DNA of 59,922 nt, filler included. It is 6 parts of 6 records of this genome, joined end to end, with 100 filler letters (N's around TTAATTAATTAA, not from the genome) between each part and the next. Parts side by side here need not be neighbours in the genome. Positions count along the whole stretch, not along the records: positions 21,231 to 44,310 come from SRR31156797_33993; 5 more parts are not named here. One strand, 5' to 3'. Shown here one piece after another: positions 21,231 to 30,575 of the stretch. How positions within the stretch are numbered: position 1 is the stretch's first letter; each line of letters begins with the position of its first letter. Made by a program: the position numbers and the translations under genes. The notes under the pieces were generated by a model. The model had not been told where the DNA came from. It ran no database searches and worked only from the letters and a program-made list of their open reading frames with translations.

Positions 21231-21842
21231 GAACGACTCTCCCAGAGCCGCAACAGTTGCACTGTGTCAGATACGTGCCTGATGTTCGAGGTATACAATG
21301 CCTTGAGAACGCATAAATGCGTGCATGGCGTAACATTCTTCGTTGTCCAATGCAGCAGAACCAAGCGAAGCTACACCCATGTTACGGTTAACAACCTGGC
21401 CTTTATCGTTCTTTTCTTGGAAAGATTTATCGCGGGATTCTTTAGCAAGCTTGGCGATGCGTTTTTTACACCAGTCCCAGCTTTTCTCTTCCCACTCACC
21501 AGAATACGGTGCGCGGTAGAGGCATTTACCGGTACGCAATTCATTTTCAGTCATCTGAATAGAACTTGCGCCCTTTGCACAGAGAGAACCTTCATTAATG
21601 GGGTGGTCGGGATTTCCTTCCACGTTGATGGCTCTTTTGGTCTCTAAAGAGGTAGTAACCACCAATCCACAACCAACAGAACAATAAGCACAAACAGAAG
21701 TCGTTTGCTTGCTCCATTGAGGCTTCATCTGAGCGAATTTATCGACCGCTGTCCTTTTACATCCAGCACCGAGGCCAGCAAAGGCTACGCCAAGCGCTGC
21801 TGATGAAGACAGCTTTACAAAGTCACGACGATTCAATTTCAT
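21231..21842 (-). CDS. fdnG: Selenocysteine-containing formate dehydrogenase alpha subunit, N-terminal part (runs into the gap)
   Basis: Tat signal NRRDFVK; CAYCSVGC...LCAKG Fe-S motif; EHQARI-TGA-HSATVAALGESF in frame. Confidence 0.93.
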
Positions 21843-21863
21843 TCCGTAATCCTTGATCTGTTA

Positions 21864-22094
21864 TTATCTTCCACGAATTTCACAGCCGAGTACTGTGAGA
21901 AGTCTATAGCCAAAGAGCGCCACAGGAGGCTCATGAAAAGCCATGCCATCGCAAAAAGAAACTGGAGCCCAAGTAAAAACTTGAACACCCAGCGTTTCGG
22001 CATACTTTTCACACGCCTCAAGAGACACCCCAAGCCCCCCGAAAGGGAAATCGGCTGTGCTCTGCGCCGTTATCGGTTTTCCATTGTGTGCCAT
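21864..22094 (-). CDS. Small hypothetical protein upstream of fdh
   Basis: Strong RBS AAGGAGGT before ATG; ends 21 nt before the fdh start. Confidence 0.55.
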   Translation of the reverse strand: MAHNGKPITAQSTADFPFGGLGVSLEACEKYAETLGVQVFTWAPVSFCDGMAFHEPPVALFGYRLLTVLGCEIRGR

Positions 22095-22319
22095 AATGCA
22101 CCTCCTTAGCCTTACTTTTTATACTTCGTGTACAAAAGGCGTAGATAGATAGGGGGAATCCAAGAGAGCGGCAAAAGAAAGTAACTTACACAAGGTTATG
22201 CACCACTTAGGAGCGGCTCTGCTTATAGACTTTGACGATTTCTACAAAATAAAAACGGGACTGCTTATAGCTCCTGAATATTTCGATAGAATCAAAGTCA
22301 TATGGCGGCTCAAAACCAC

Positions 22320-22355
22320 AAAAAAAAGGGTTCCAAGTATCTCACTTGGAACCCT
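22320..22355 (-). terminator. Intrinsic terminator downstream of tRNA fragment
   Basis: 12-bp AGGGTTCCAAGT/ACTTGGAACCCT stem with T8 on the minus strand. Confidence 0.85.
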
Positions 22356-22366
22356 GAACTTTCTTG

Positions 22367-22415
22367 TGGTGGACCAGAAGAAAATCGAACCCACGCCCTC
22401 TTGAATGCCATTTAA
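22367..22415 (-). mobile_element. Degenerate 3' half of tRNA-Ala(GGC): probable att scar of an integrated island
   Basis: Minus strand TTAAATGGCATTCAAGAGG...GGTTCGAT...TGGTCCACCA, no D-arm or 5' acceptor strand upstream. Confidence 0.75.
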
Positions 22416-22767
22416 TCTCATAAAATTTTAGTTGATTGGAATACTTATATTTTTAGACTAAAAACATACAACGACGATATATTTTCAGGCAGTGGTGCAA
22501 AAAGATTTAAATTACACCAGATGTATTCATCGCAAACTCTCGTGTTAAAATTGAACACGAAAAGGTGTCCAAAATAGACTAAAAAAACGCACGCCTCATC
22601 GAAAATCAACGAGCCAACGGCAGTGCCATATTGCTTGTCAGCCACCAAACTCGCCAACTCGAAACGTTCAACTGCCGTACAATTCGAATCAAGACAGCCC
22701 CAATCACCCACTGTCTCGATAGGGCCACCCTCCCCGTAGACCCCCTCCTTTCAGCCACAATGCAAGG

Positions 22768-23229
22768 CTAAAACCCTACTGCTGACAAAATTCTCGCAGA
22801 TGCGACACCACTGGCAATATGCTTACGCGTCCCATCGGACAAATTCAAATTTTCGACAATTTGCAAAGGAGCACTTTCGTAGGCATTCTTCAACATCGTT
22901 TCAAAACTATGTCGAAGACGTTCAAAAGCGGCCTTTACATCAACAAAATCATTTGATTGCCCACGCCAAGGCAGCGTCAGAGATTCTGAGATTCTTCCCA
23001 TTTTATGCGATGGGGTCATAAGCCGATACCATTCAAGTGTCCCATTACCTCGTTCATCTTCGCCTGGGTAACAAAACGAACGCCAAGAAGAGGGTGGCCG
23101 GGCAATGGCAGTGTCAACGACCACGTGAGGAACGGCCAAGTCCACTTCAAACGATTCCAATTCAATAGAATACTTCAGTACAGGACGATGGTTGCCCCTC
23201 TTTTTTTGCACAGTCCATTCAATCTTCAC
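22768..23229 (-). CDS. Hypothetical protein, last gene of sia-AAA-VWA operon
   Basis: AAGGAGG RBS before GTG; 15 nt after the VWA gene stop. Confidence 0.8.
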   Translation of the reverse strand: MKIEWTVQKKRGNHRPVLKYSIELESFEVDLAVPHVVVDTAIARPPSSWRSFCYPGEDERGNGTLEWYRLMTPSHKMGRISESLTLPWRGQSNDFVDVKAAFERLRHSFETMLKNAYESAPLQIVENLNLSDGTRKHIASGVASARILSAVGF

Positions 23230-23244
23230 CTTGCCTCCTTTTTA

Positions 23245-24558
23245 TCAAATAATTTCAATAATATCGCCAAAAGGAGGAACCTTGCCCCCTTGACCAATTT
23301 GCGCCCATAAAACAGGATATTCCGGTTCATTCTCAGGGTAACGCATGCACTCCAAATCTGTCAGATAGACCAAACAAACCGGGTCAATCCCTTCCTGCTC
23401 CACCCATTGAAACGCAGGACGGTAATCTGTTCCTCCACCACCTTCCGGAGCGAGATTTAATGGCAAATCAGCCCGCCCAAAAAAATCCGAGCCGGCAACT
23501 TGCGCATCACAATACACAACATGAATATTAGTATCGAAGGATTCCAGAATGCCGGATACTTCTGCAGCGAACTGATTCATCTCGGATTCGGACACACTAC
23601 CAGAGGTGTCAAAAACCAAAACAACCTCGGGCAGCTTTTGATGTGACAATGACGGAAGAATCACATCCAGATATAAAAAACGTTTATTTGGCGGGGTCCA
23701 ACTATAGTCGTCCCGAGCACGGTCACAAATGTACCGCGAAAGCAATTCCTGCCAATCAAGCTTTGGATTCAACACATCATCCACAAGGCGTGCGAGATTC
23801 CCTGGCAGATCACCAATCTCCCGCGCAGTCTGAGCCGCTTGTGCAAGAGCCAGCTCCCACGATTCATCCGTACCGGATTCGTCAGAGGCTCCACCCTCTA
23901 GTTCCCGCTCGCCGTCACGAACTTCACCACTCCCTCCGGGATCACCAGACTGGTCGTTCCCTGACTCTTCGGCATCATCACCTTCCATGCCTTCTTCCAT
24001 GGAACCATCACCGTCACTTTCACCGGCCCCGGATTCGGACCCTTCTCCCAAATCTTCGCCATCTCCAGCCTTCCCTTCAAGCCCATTCCATTCCACTTCG
24101 CCATCCGACTCTCCTTCTCCGTCCGACAAAAAAGGACGATCTTCTTCTGCCTTATGAGAATGAAGTTCAGCATAGATTTCATCGGCACTCAGACCATGAA
24201 AGGCTGGGGCATCCAAATATTTGGGTGGCAATTGAATACCGGCATCCAACAAAATCCAATTAATTGCGTGGTCACAAGCCATATTCCACAGATCGTGACT
24301 ACGCCCGTTCCGCCGGGTGTGATGCTGACAGGCTGGGTGCATGACCGTATGCGCCATGAGCCCCTGCACCTGCTCATCACGCAGTCCGGCGACATAAGCA
24401 GGATTGTATCCTAGGGTTCGACCATCGGTCCAAGCTGTCGCACAATGCCGATCCTCTTTCGGTTCCATACGCAAACACAACGAACCGAAAAAGGGCTGCT
24501 CCAACAATAAATTTGTACGAGCTTTCAAGAGTTTTTTTCGAGCTGTATTCATGATCAC
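23245..24558 (-). CDS. DUF2201-type metallopeptidase-like + VWA domain protein
   Basis: PFFG, TAWTDG, HTVMH...H, WNMACDHAIN; acidic linker; MIDAS DTSGS, GGGGTD, YLTD. Confidence 0.88.
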   Translation of the reverse strand: MIMNTARKKLLKARTNLLLEQPFFGSLCLRMEPKEDRHCATAWTDGRTLGYNPAYVAGLRDEQVQGLMAHTVMHPACQHHTRRNGRSHDLWNMACDHAINWILLDAGIQLPPKYLDAPAFHGLSADEIYAELHSHKAEEDRPFLSDGEGESDGEVEWNGLEGKAGDGEDLGEGSESGAGESDGDGSMEEGMEGDDAEESGNDQSGDPGGSGEVRDGERELEGGASDESGTDESWELALAQAAQTAREIGDLPGNLARLVDDVLNPKLDWQELLSRYICDRARDDYSWTPPNKRFLYLDVILPSLSHQKLPEVVLVFDTSGSVSESEMNQFAAEVSGILESFDTNIHVVYCDAQVAGSDFFGRADLPLNLAPEGGGGTDYRPAFQWVEQEGIDPVCLVYLTDLECMRYPENEPEYPVLWAQIGQGGKVPPFGDIIEII

Positions 24559-25539
24559 CTAAAAGAGAACATCCGAATTCGCAGTAGCCCAATTCGAAAA
24601 AGCTGGTGTTTCCACGATGCCTCTATGCTTTTTCGCAGCATCCCTGACTAAAAGGACACCAAACTCCGAAGGCAATCTGGAAGCATATGTAACGATGCTC
24701 TCCGCTGTTTCCTCTCCGGCTCTTTTTGCCAAAGCCTCACACAATGCATATAAAGTTGCAGGTTCTTCCGGGACATCTGCCATGCGAGGTTGGTCTATGA
24801 CAACGTCTGGATCAGGTAGTTGCCTGAACATACGAACAAATCCTTCAAACTCAGCAGCCGCACCCGGACCAACTGTTCCCTTTAACAAACTCAACTCCAC
24901 CTCCGGGGCCGGAGCCGCTGCAAGTATACGGGCAGCGAATTCCCATGATCTTGGTGAAGGGAATGCTTTTTCATTCTGTTTGGGATCAAAATTATGCAAA
25001 AGGTTTGGCCTGAACCTGATGAATGAAAGGACTTCTTCAGAGAACCCCTGCCCTTCGGCCCATTCAAGCCAGATGTCCACGTCGACGGAAAAATCAAGGT
25101 GCACGAATCTATTCGCCAGAGCAGAAGGCATACGATGAGTCACTGCACGATCAGTCTCCCGGTTGCCAGCTGCAACCACGGTCCAACCATCTGGCAATGA
25201 ATACTCACCGACCTTACGATCAAGAACCAATTGATAACAGGCAGCCTGCACCAATGGAGGTGCTGCGTTCAATTCATCAAGGAAGAGGACGCCTTCACCT
25301 TCTGTCGGCAAGAATGAAGGGGGACTCCAATGGGCCACATTGTCTTTTACCGATGGCAATCCACGAAGATCCACGGGATCCAACAGTACGGCACGGATAT
25401 CAGTCAATTGACGTTTCATTTCTTCTGCAACCTGTGCGATCACCTGACTTTTACCGACACCAGGAGCTCCCCAGATAAAGACAGGCTGTTTCAAAGAAAT
25501 AAGGGTCTTTAAAGAAGACTTAATTTGCTTTGGATTCAT
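24559..25539 (-). CDS. MoxR/AAA_5-like ATPase
   Basis: WGAPGVGKS, DLRGLP, LFLDELN, AAGNR, ALANRF, SPRSW; start ATG 25539 behind GGGGA. Confidence 0.9.
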   Translation of the reverse strand: MNPKQIKSSLKTLISLKQPVFIWGAPGVGKSQVIAQVAEEMKRQLTDIRAVLLDPVDLRGLPSVKDNVAHWSPPSFLPTEGEGVLFLDELNAAPPLVQAACYQLVLDRKVGEYSLPDGWTVVAAGNRETDRAVTHRMPSALANRFVHLDFSVDVDIWLEWAEGQGFSEEVLSFIRFRPNLLHNFDPKQNEKAFPSPRSWEFAARILAAAPAPEVELSLLKGTVGPGAAAEFEGFVRMFRQLPDPDVVIDQPRMADVPEEPATLYALCEALAKRAGEETAESIVTYASRLPSEFGVLLVRDAAKKHRGIVETPAFSNWATANSDVLF

Positions 25540-25549
25540 ATATTCCCCG

Positions 25550-25936
25550 CTAATTAGCGAATTCGACAAGGTTAAATTTGATCTGTTCAACGTCTCCCAT
25601 AAACTCTTCACCGCACTCCATGGCTGACTCATTTTCTTCATGATATCGCCAGTTCACAACGATATTTCTACCCTTTTCCGCATAGCCATCAAGCATCTCA
25701 AAAAAATCCATAAAAGTTTTAGAAGAGGAAGAGTTAAAATAAATAATCTCCATATCAATCTCGACACGATCGCCATTGATGGAATCAAAGAACCCCTCTA
25801 GCCACTCAAACATCGGACTATAAAAAGCCCAACAATTTTCCGGATAGGATTCTCCTTTGATCTCAAAAGACATCTCATCAGGATCAAAACGAATATGAGG
25901 CGACGAATTGGTCGCCTCAACGCAATATTTCGTCAT
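25550..25936 (-). CDS. siaC: SiaC-family phosphoprotein (DUF1987)
   Basis: IKGESYPEN, YFNSSSSK, VNWRY, GEEF. Confidence 0.9.
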   Translation of the reverse strand: MTKYCVEATNSSPHIRFDPDEMSFEIKGESYPENCWAFYSPMFEWLEGFFDSINGDRVEIDMEIIYFNSSSSKTFMDFFEMLDGYAEKGRNIVVNWRYHEENESAMECGEEFMGDVEQIKFNLVEFAN

Positions 25937-25946
25937 ATCTAATCTC

Positions 25947-26501
25947 CTATTGTGTCACGACTTTCATAGAAAAAAACGAGGTGTCGCCATCCAATGGGAC
26001 AATATCGAAATCCATAGGAGAAGAGGCCTTACGCGCCATCTCGACAAACCCCAGTCCGGCACCTTTATTCGTGACACAATCAGGGCCTTTCCTGCGCTCC
26101 CTGTAATAAACTTTCAACTCACTCTTGCTCATTGAACGAAGTGTCTGAATATATTCTGAAAGCTCTTCACAATCAGCAGAATTCACCTTATTCCCACATG
26201 CCACGAAGAAACGGCCATCTTCCTCACGACCAACGACAATCTGACCATGGGCGATCTCTCCTTGTTGATTCATATTGTCCTCTTGTCGCTCGGATGAATA
26301 CCGTACGATATTTTGCATCTGCTCGACCAAAACAGCAAAAACACGCTGTACCGACCCCATCCCTGCGTCCTCTGCACGCATTTTGGACCGCATGAGTTCG
26401 GCCAACCCTTCCACGATAGACTGCGAGACAGGACCATTAAAATATAAAATCACACCTTCTTGTTCCATTTCTTCGTAATATTTAAATAAATTCGTTCTCA
26501 T
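25947..26501 (-). CDS. siaB: SiaB-family protein kinase
   Basis: VFAVLVEQMQNIVRYS, CGN, GAGLGFVEMARKAS. Confidence 0.9.
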   Translation of the reverse strand: MRTNLFKYYEEMEQEGVILYFNGPVSQSIVEGLAELMRSKMRAEDAGMGSVQRVFAVLVEQMQNIVRYSSERQEDNMNQQGEIAHGQIVVGREEDGRFFVACGNKVNSADCEELSEYIQTLRSMSKSELKVYYRERRKGPDCVTNKGAGLGFVEMARKASSPMDFDIVPLDGDTSFFSMKVVTQ

Positions 26502-27690
26502 TTAAATCTTCCCCTTTGAATTCAAAACCCAGAACAGTCACATCATCCCGACGGGTTTCGCTCCCCTGAAACTTCCCCAATGTCTGCATGAGTTCATGAC
26601 CTTGCCCCGCAATCGGAGCGTCCCACTTTTTTTCTATGAACGACATGAACCGCCGCCGCCCAAAAGAAAATCCTTTTTCAAAACCAACCTGATCAACATA
26701 CCCATCCGAAGTGAGATAGAATCGTGTGCGGCCGGTAAACGGGATAACAACATCCGTAAAAACAAATTCCCGAGGCGACCGGACGTATCCAATGCCACAA
26801 CGCTCTCCTTTGATGCACTTGGCCCCCTCATCTCCCAAAACATACAGAGGAGAATTCGCACCAGCGAAAGTGACGGTATGACCAGAGATATCAACGTGAC
26901 ACAACGCGCAATCCATACCATCGTCGGATTTCGCATCCTGATCGTTCTGCCCAAGGGCATCCTTAATAAGAAGATTCATTCGGCCAAGAATTGCTGCAGG
27001 ACTGACAGTCCCATCCGCCGAGGCTTTTTCCAGCAAAGAAATAACAATAAGTGTCATAAACGCCCCAGGCACGCCGTGTCCGGTGCAATCAATGACCCCA
27101 AGAAAAAAACCTTTCTCCGTGCGTTTCAACCAGTAAGCATCCCCACCCACGGTATCCCGCTGGTCCCAAACAAGAAAATGATTCGGGATATAATCATACA
27201 AATTTACCTGACTAGGAAGAAAAGAAGTCTGTATCAGGCTGGCACAAGCCAAACTTTCTTCAATCTGTCTATGAGCATCCGCAAGATCCGCTATGGCTTT
27301 TTGTAATTTCTGCTCTCGTATAGCAATGGCGTGCCCCATCCTGTGCATGTTTCTTCTGAGTTCAAGAAAGTCATGCCCGTCGGCATCTATATCAGGCAAA
27401 ATAAGTTGGTCATAATTCCCTTGCTGAAGGAGTTGGCATTGCTCATTGAGTTCTTTAATATTTCTTAAAGCAATAACATGGCTCATCCACTTCGAAAAAG
27501 GCACAAGCAGAATTATGGAAAGGACAACCTGTCCAACAAGAAAATTTGTCGTAACCCCGGCACTTTGAGAGTGAACCAAAACAAACATGACAAGTGGGAA
27601 AACAACGACAGGTAAAAACAGCAGGACAATCATCTTGCGCTCCACGCTCCAATTGAACCTTAGCTTGATCCTACTGAATTTAAAATTCAC
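26482..27690 (-). CDS. siaA: SiaA-like membrane PP2C/SpoIIE phosphatase with HAMP-like linker
   Basis: VGGDAYW, DCTGHGVPGAF, DGMD, SDGYVDQ, RRDDVT; GTG 27690 overlaps the upstream TGA. Confidence 0.8.
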   Translation of the reverse strand: MNFKFSRIKLRFNWSVERKMIVLLFLPVVVFPLVMFVLVHSQSAGVTTNFLVGQVVLSIILLVPFSKWMSHVIALRNIKELNEQCQLLQQGNYDQLILPDIDADGHDFLELRRNMHRMGHAIAIREQKLQKAIADLADAHRQIEESLACASLIQTSFLPSQVNLYDYIPNHFLVWDQRDTVGGDAYWLKRTEKGFFLGVIDCTGHGVPGAFMTLIVISLLEKASADGTVSPAAILGRMNLLIKDALGQNDQDAKSDDGMDCALCHVDISGHTVTFAGANSPLYVLGDEGAKCIKGERCGIGYVRSPREFVFTDVVIPFTGRTRFYLTSDGYVDQVGFEKGFSFGRRRFMSFIEKKWDAPIAGQGHELMQTLGKFQGSETRRDDVTVLGFEFKGEDLNENEFI

Positions 27691-28874
27691 TTCCCACCTC
27701 CTTCGCTCTCTCCAGCAAGGAACAAGGGCACCACATTGCAAGAACAACTTGACCGACGATACACTTCAGCTCTATCGCGACCATTTTTTTTGGCTGCGTA
27801 AAGCGCAATATCAGCAAATTTGAGCAATCCATCTAAAGTGTCTTCAGTGTGTTCCATTGAAGCCACTCCCACACTCACAGTCATGGATATCTGGGTATCA
27901 ACCGAATCAACGACGATTTGCCGAACCCCTTCCAGTATACGTTCTGCCACACAACATGCATCGCTCGTTGTGGCATCAGGCAAAAGAACGACAAACTCTT
28001 CACCACCTAATCGCCCCACCACATCCACTTCTCGAACAGAATCAAGAAGAGCACGACTCATGGCGACAAGGGCCTTATCTCCTACATCATGACCATACGC
28101 GTCGTTGACACCCTTGAAGTAGTCTGCATCAACAATCAGTAAGGACAACTTGTTGCTTCGCTTGCTACGAGCGACTTCACGCAACGCCAACTCCATGAAG
28201 TACCCTCGATTCCACAACCCTGTAAGGCTATCTGTTCTCGCCAAACGGCACATCTCTTCCGTCATGTGCTTACGTTCGGTGACATCGGCCAGTATTCCGA
28301 CAACACCACCACACGAGATGACTTCACTCTCTTCACGCATTACGCATGCACTTATTTCCGCCCACAAGACCACACCATCCAGGCCTGACACTTTGGCCTC
28401 CATGCGATGCACATCTCCAGAGACCAAAAGGCTCATATAACGAGAAAAATCAATTTCATGACAAAACAAATCACGAATATTGTTAACGGCTCTCAAGAAA
28501 TTTACAGGACTGGAATACCCAAACATCACCGCCATGGCCGAATTGGCTTCAACTATTTCACCGGCTGAACCACACCTGAATACACCTTCAGTCACATTTT
28601 CAAATATCCCACGATACCTCTCTTCACTGATCTCAAGGTTACGATTGACCTCAGTAAGAGACTGCTGCATCCGATCACCCATTGAAATTAACCGCCTACT
28701 CTGTCGCAAAAGCTTGTCGTACCCTTTCACCAATGCGGTAAATGCGGGATCACTGCTCTGGCCCTGACTTTCGTTTCGTTCAAGCGACTTCATCGCCAGA
28801 TGAAGTACTCGCTCTTCTTTCTGAAAACCTTCTTTTTCCATACTACAATCGTATAATTTGTTTATCACGGTCAT
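27687..28874 (-). CDS. siaD: SiaD-like PAS-GGDEF diguanylate cyclase
   Basis: N-terminal YDKLLRQSRRLISMGDRMQ coil, PAS, DSLTGLWNR, REVD I-site, GGEEF. Confidence 0.8.
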   Translation of the reverse strand: MTVINKLYDCSMEKEGFQKEERVLHLAMKSLERNESQGQSSDPAFTALVKGYDKLLRQSRRLISMGDRMQQSLTEVNRNLEISEERYRGIFENVTEGVFRCGSAGEIVEANSAMAVMFGYSSPVNFLRAVNNIRDLFCHEIDFSRYMSLLVSGDVHRMEAKVSGLDGVVLWAEISACVMREESEVISCGGVVGILADVTERKHMTEEMCRLARTDSLTGLWNRGYFMELALREVARSKRSNKLSLLIVDADYFKGVNDAYGHDVGDKALVAMSRALLDSVREVDVVGRLGGEEFVVLLPDATTSDACCVAERILEGVRQIVVDSVDTQISMTVSVGVASMEHTEDTLDGLLKFADIALYAAKKNGRDRAEVYRRSSCSCNVVPLFLAGESEGGGK

Positions 28875-29422
28875 ATTAATTCACCGGCATAATGATTATG
28901 ACTCCATGTATTATCACCATAAAAAAAACTGCTACCGATGCAACTTTAATCATCTGCTTAGACTCAAGGCGAACTCGCGTCTTTACCCTTTGAAAAACCC
29001 TTAACTGCGTATCATTCTGTACGGTTTCCATACTTCCGTCTGAAATCATTATTTGACACCTCATACAGCCATACTTGCTATCGCAATTAATGATATTGAA
29101 AATCGTTTTCAACGAATATTAAGATGGCCTCCGATTGTCAACCACAAAATCAATAGTCTATTAACGGTACATTCAGTGAAATAGAAATGGGTAGGTAGAG
29201 GTGGGTTTAAGAAACGGAGATTCCTCACTACCGGGCCATAGCAGCGAATTCGCCTTTGTGGCATAGTTGTTCAATCAGTTGCGGACGGGACACCAGGCAG
29301 CGACGAGGGTTTCGTAGTTAAGCTGGAACTACTTGTAGGCCTTAGTTTGAAGCCTAAGGCACATAAGGCCCAATAAAAAAGGACAAAGAAGTAATGGGAT
29401 GGAATTTGCGGGGTTTTGAGGT

Positions 29423-29704
29423 TTAGTTTGATTCCGTTTCTAACTTGAGAAAAACTTCAACGTCGCTAGAGGCTTCATTCTCCCCCGCCGGGTTGTGCTT
29501 CATCTCTCCAGCCCCGAACAATAGCCACTGAGAGCTTATATCCAATTGGGTACACAATAATGCCAAAAGCCCACTTGTGGATTCTGACTCACCACGTTCA
29601 TATCTTCCTAGAGTGTTTTTATGGACACCCAGAATCTCTGCAAACTCATCGCGACCGAGGTTGCCCCTAGCCTCTTTTAATCGTTCATGAATTGAGCTGT
29701 CCAT
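29423..29704 (-). CDS. XRE/cI-like helix-turn-helix regulator, possibly a phage-repressor remnant
   Basis: ERLKEAR, FAEILGVHKNTLGRYERGE, WLLFGAG; GGAGG RBS. Confidence 0.8.
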   Translation of the reverse strand: MDSSIHERLKEARGNLGRDEFAEILGVHKNTLGRYERGESESTSGLLALLCTQLDISSQWLLFGAGEMKHNPAGENEASSDVEVFLKLETESN

Positions 29705-30023
29705 ATTCAGCCTCCAAAGTTGGACAAAAGGTAGACGCCAATTTTAAAATTCATCTTCTTGATATATCTAGCCAAATGTCAAAATATCATCTTTTGGAAC
29801 TTGAACACCAAATTCAGGTTAACCTGGCCCAAAAAATGATACAAAAATATGCTGCGAACAGGCTATAACGTTTTTTTATAACACCAACGCCGTAATTGAC
29901 TGCACGTAGGGGATCAACATCCGACCCTGCATTTGCATCGGACACGAACCGCATATCCGCAACACCACATCGGGGAATTGCTTATCCATGGACAGAGCAG
30001 CCACAAACGCTTAATATAGCACC

Positions 30024-30563
30024 ATGTTCATGTCCGATGTTTGGCTCATCATACCATGCTTCAACGAAAGCAATCGTTTTTCCATGGGGATCACTGGTTA
30101 TTTTATTGAATACGCTCCAAATGGCAGCCTCTATTTGGTGGATGGCGACAGCACCAATGCCCCCCGCATACTCGGCAAATGCGCTCGACTTGGGAACACG
30201 CCGTTTTACAAGTACATCACCAACCGAGTCCTCACCTTCGTCAAGAACCTACTGGTCAAGGCCCCCCCCTCCGGAAACCGTACTTTTTCCCGCGAGATAC
30301 TGGCCCCCCTGCCTGTGAAGCAAAACAGCGACGACTTCATTTCCGACAACCAGACGCTCGGCCAGACCTTCTATATGAAGTCCAAAATCGACGAGGGGAC
30401 ATACTCGACAAGATATGAGAAGGAGTCGTCCTCGATCAACTTCGTTCGCTCATACATCTATGGCATTAGCGTACTCAAATGCTCACTGGTAGCCATGCTT
30501 CACAGGTTGGACGTCTGGGAATCTCCCTTACTGGAACCGTTAGACAAAAGCCGGAACAAATAA
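30024..30563 (+). pseudogene. Degenerate, internally deleted GT2 glycosyltransferase
   Basis: GT2 start IIPCFNE...VDGDS joined directly to C-terminal motifs (YKYITNRVLT, NSDDF, TRY-ESSSINF); central DxD region absent. Confidence 0.6.
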
Positions 30564-30575
30564 TCGGGAGTCTCC

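Noticed and set aside
29220-29370. Hairpins upstream of siaD considered as a c-di-GMP riboswitch
   Set aside because: No GEMM-I or class II consensus recognisable on either strand.
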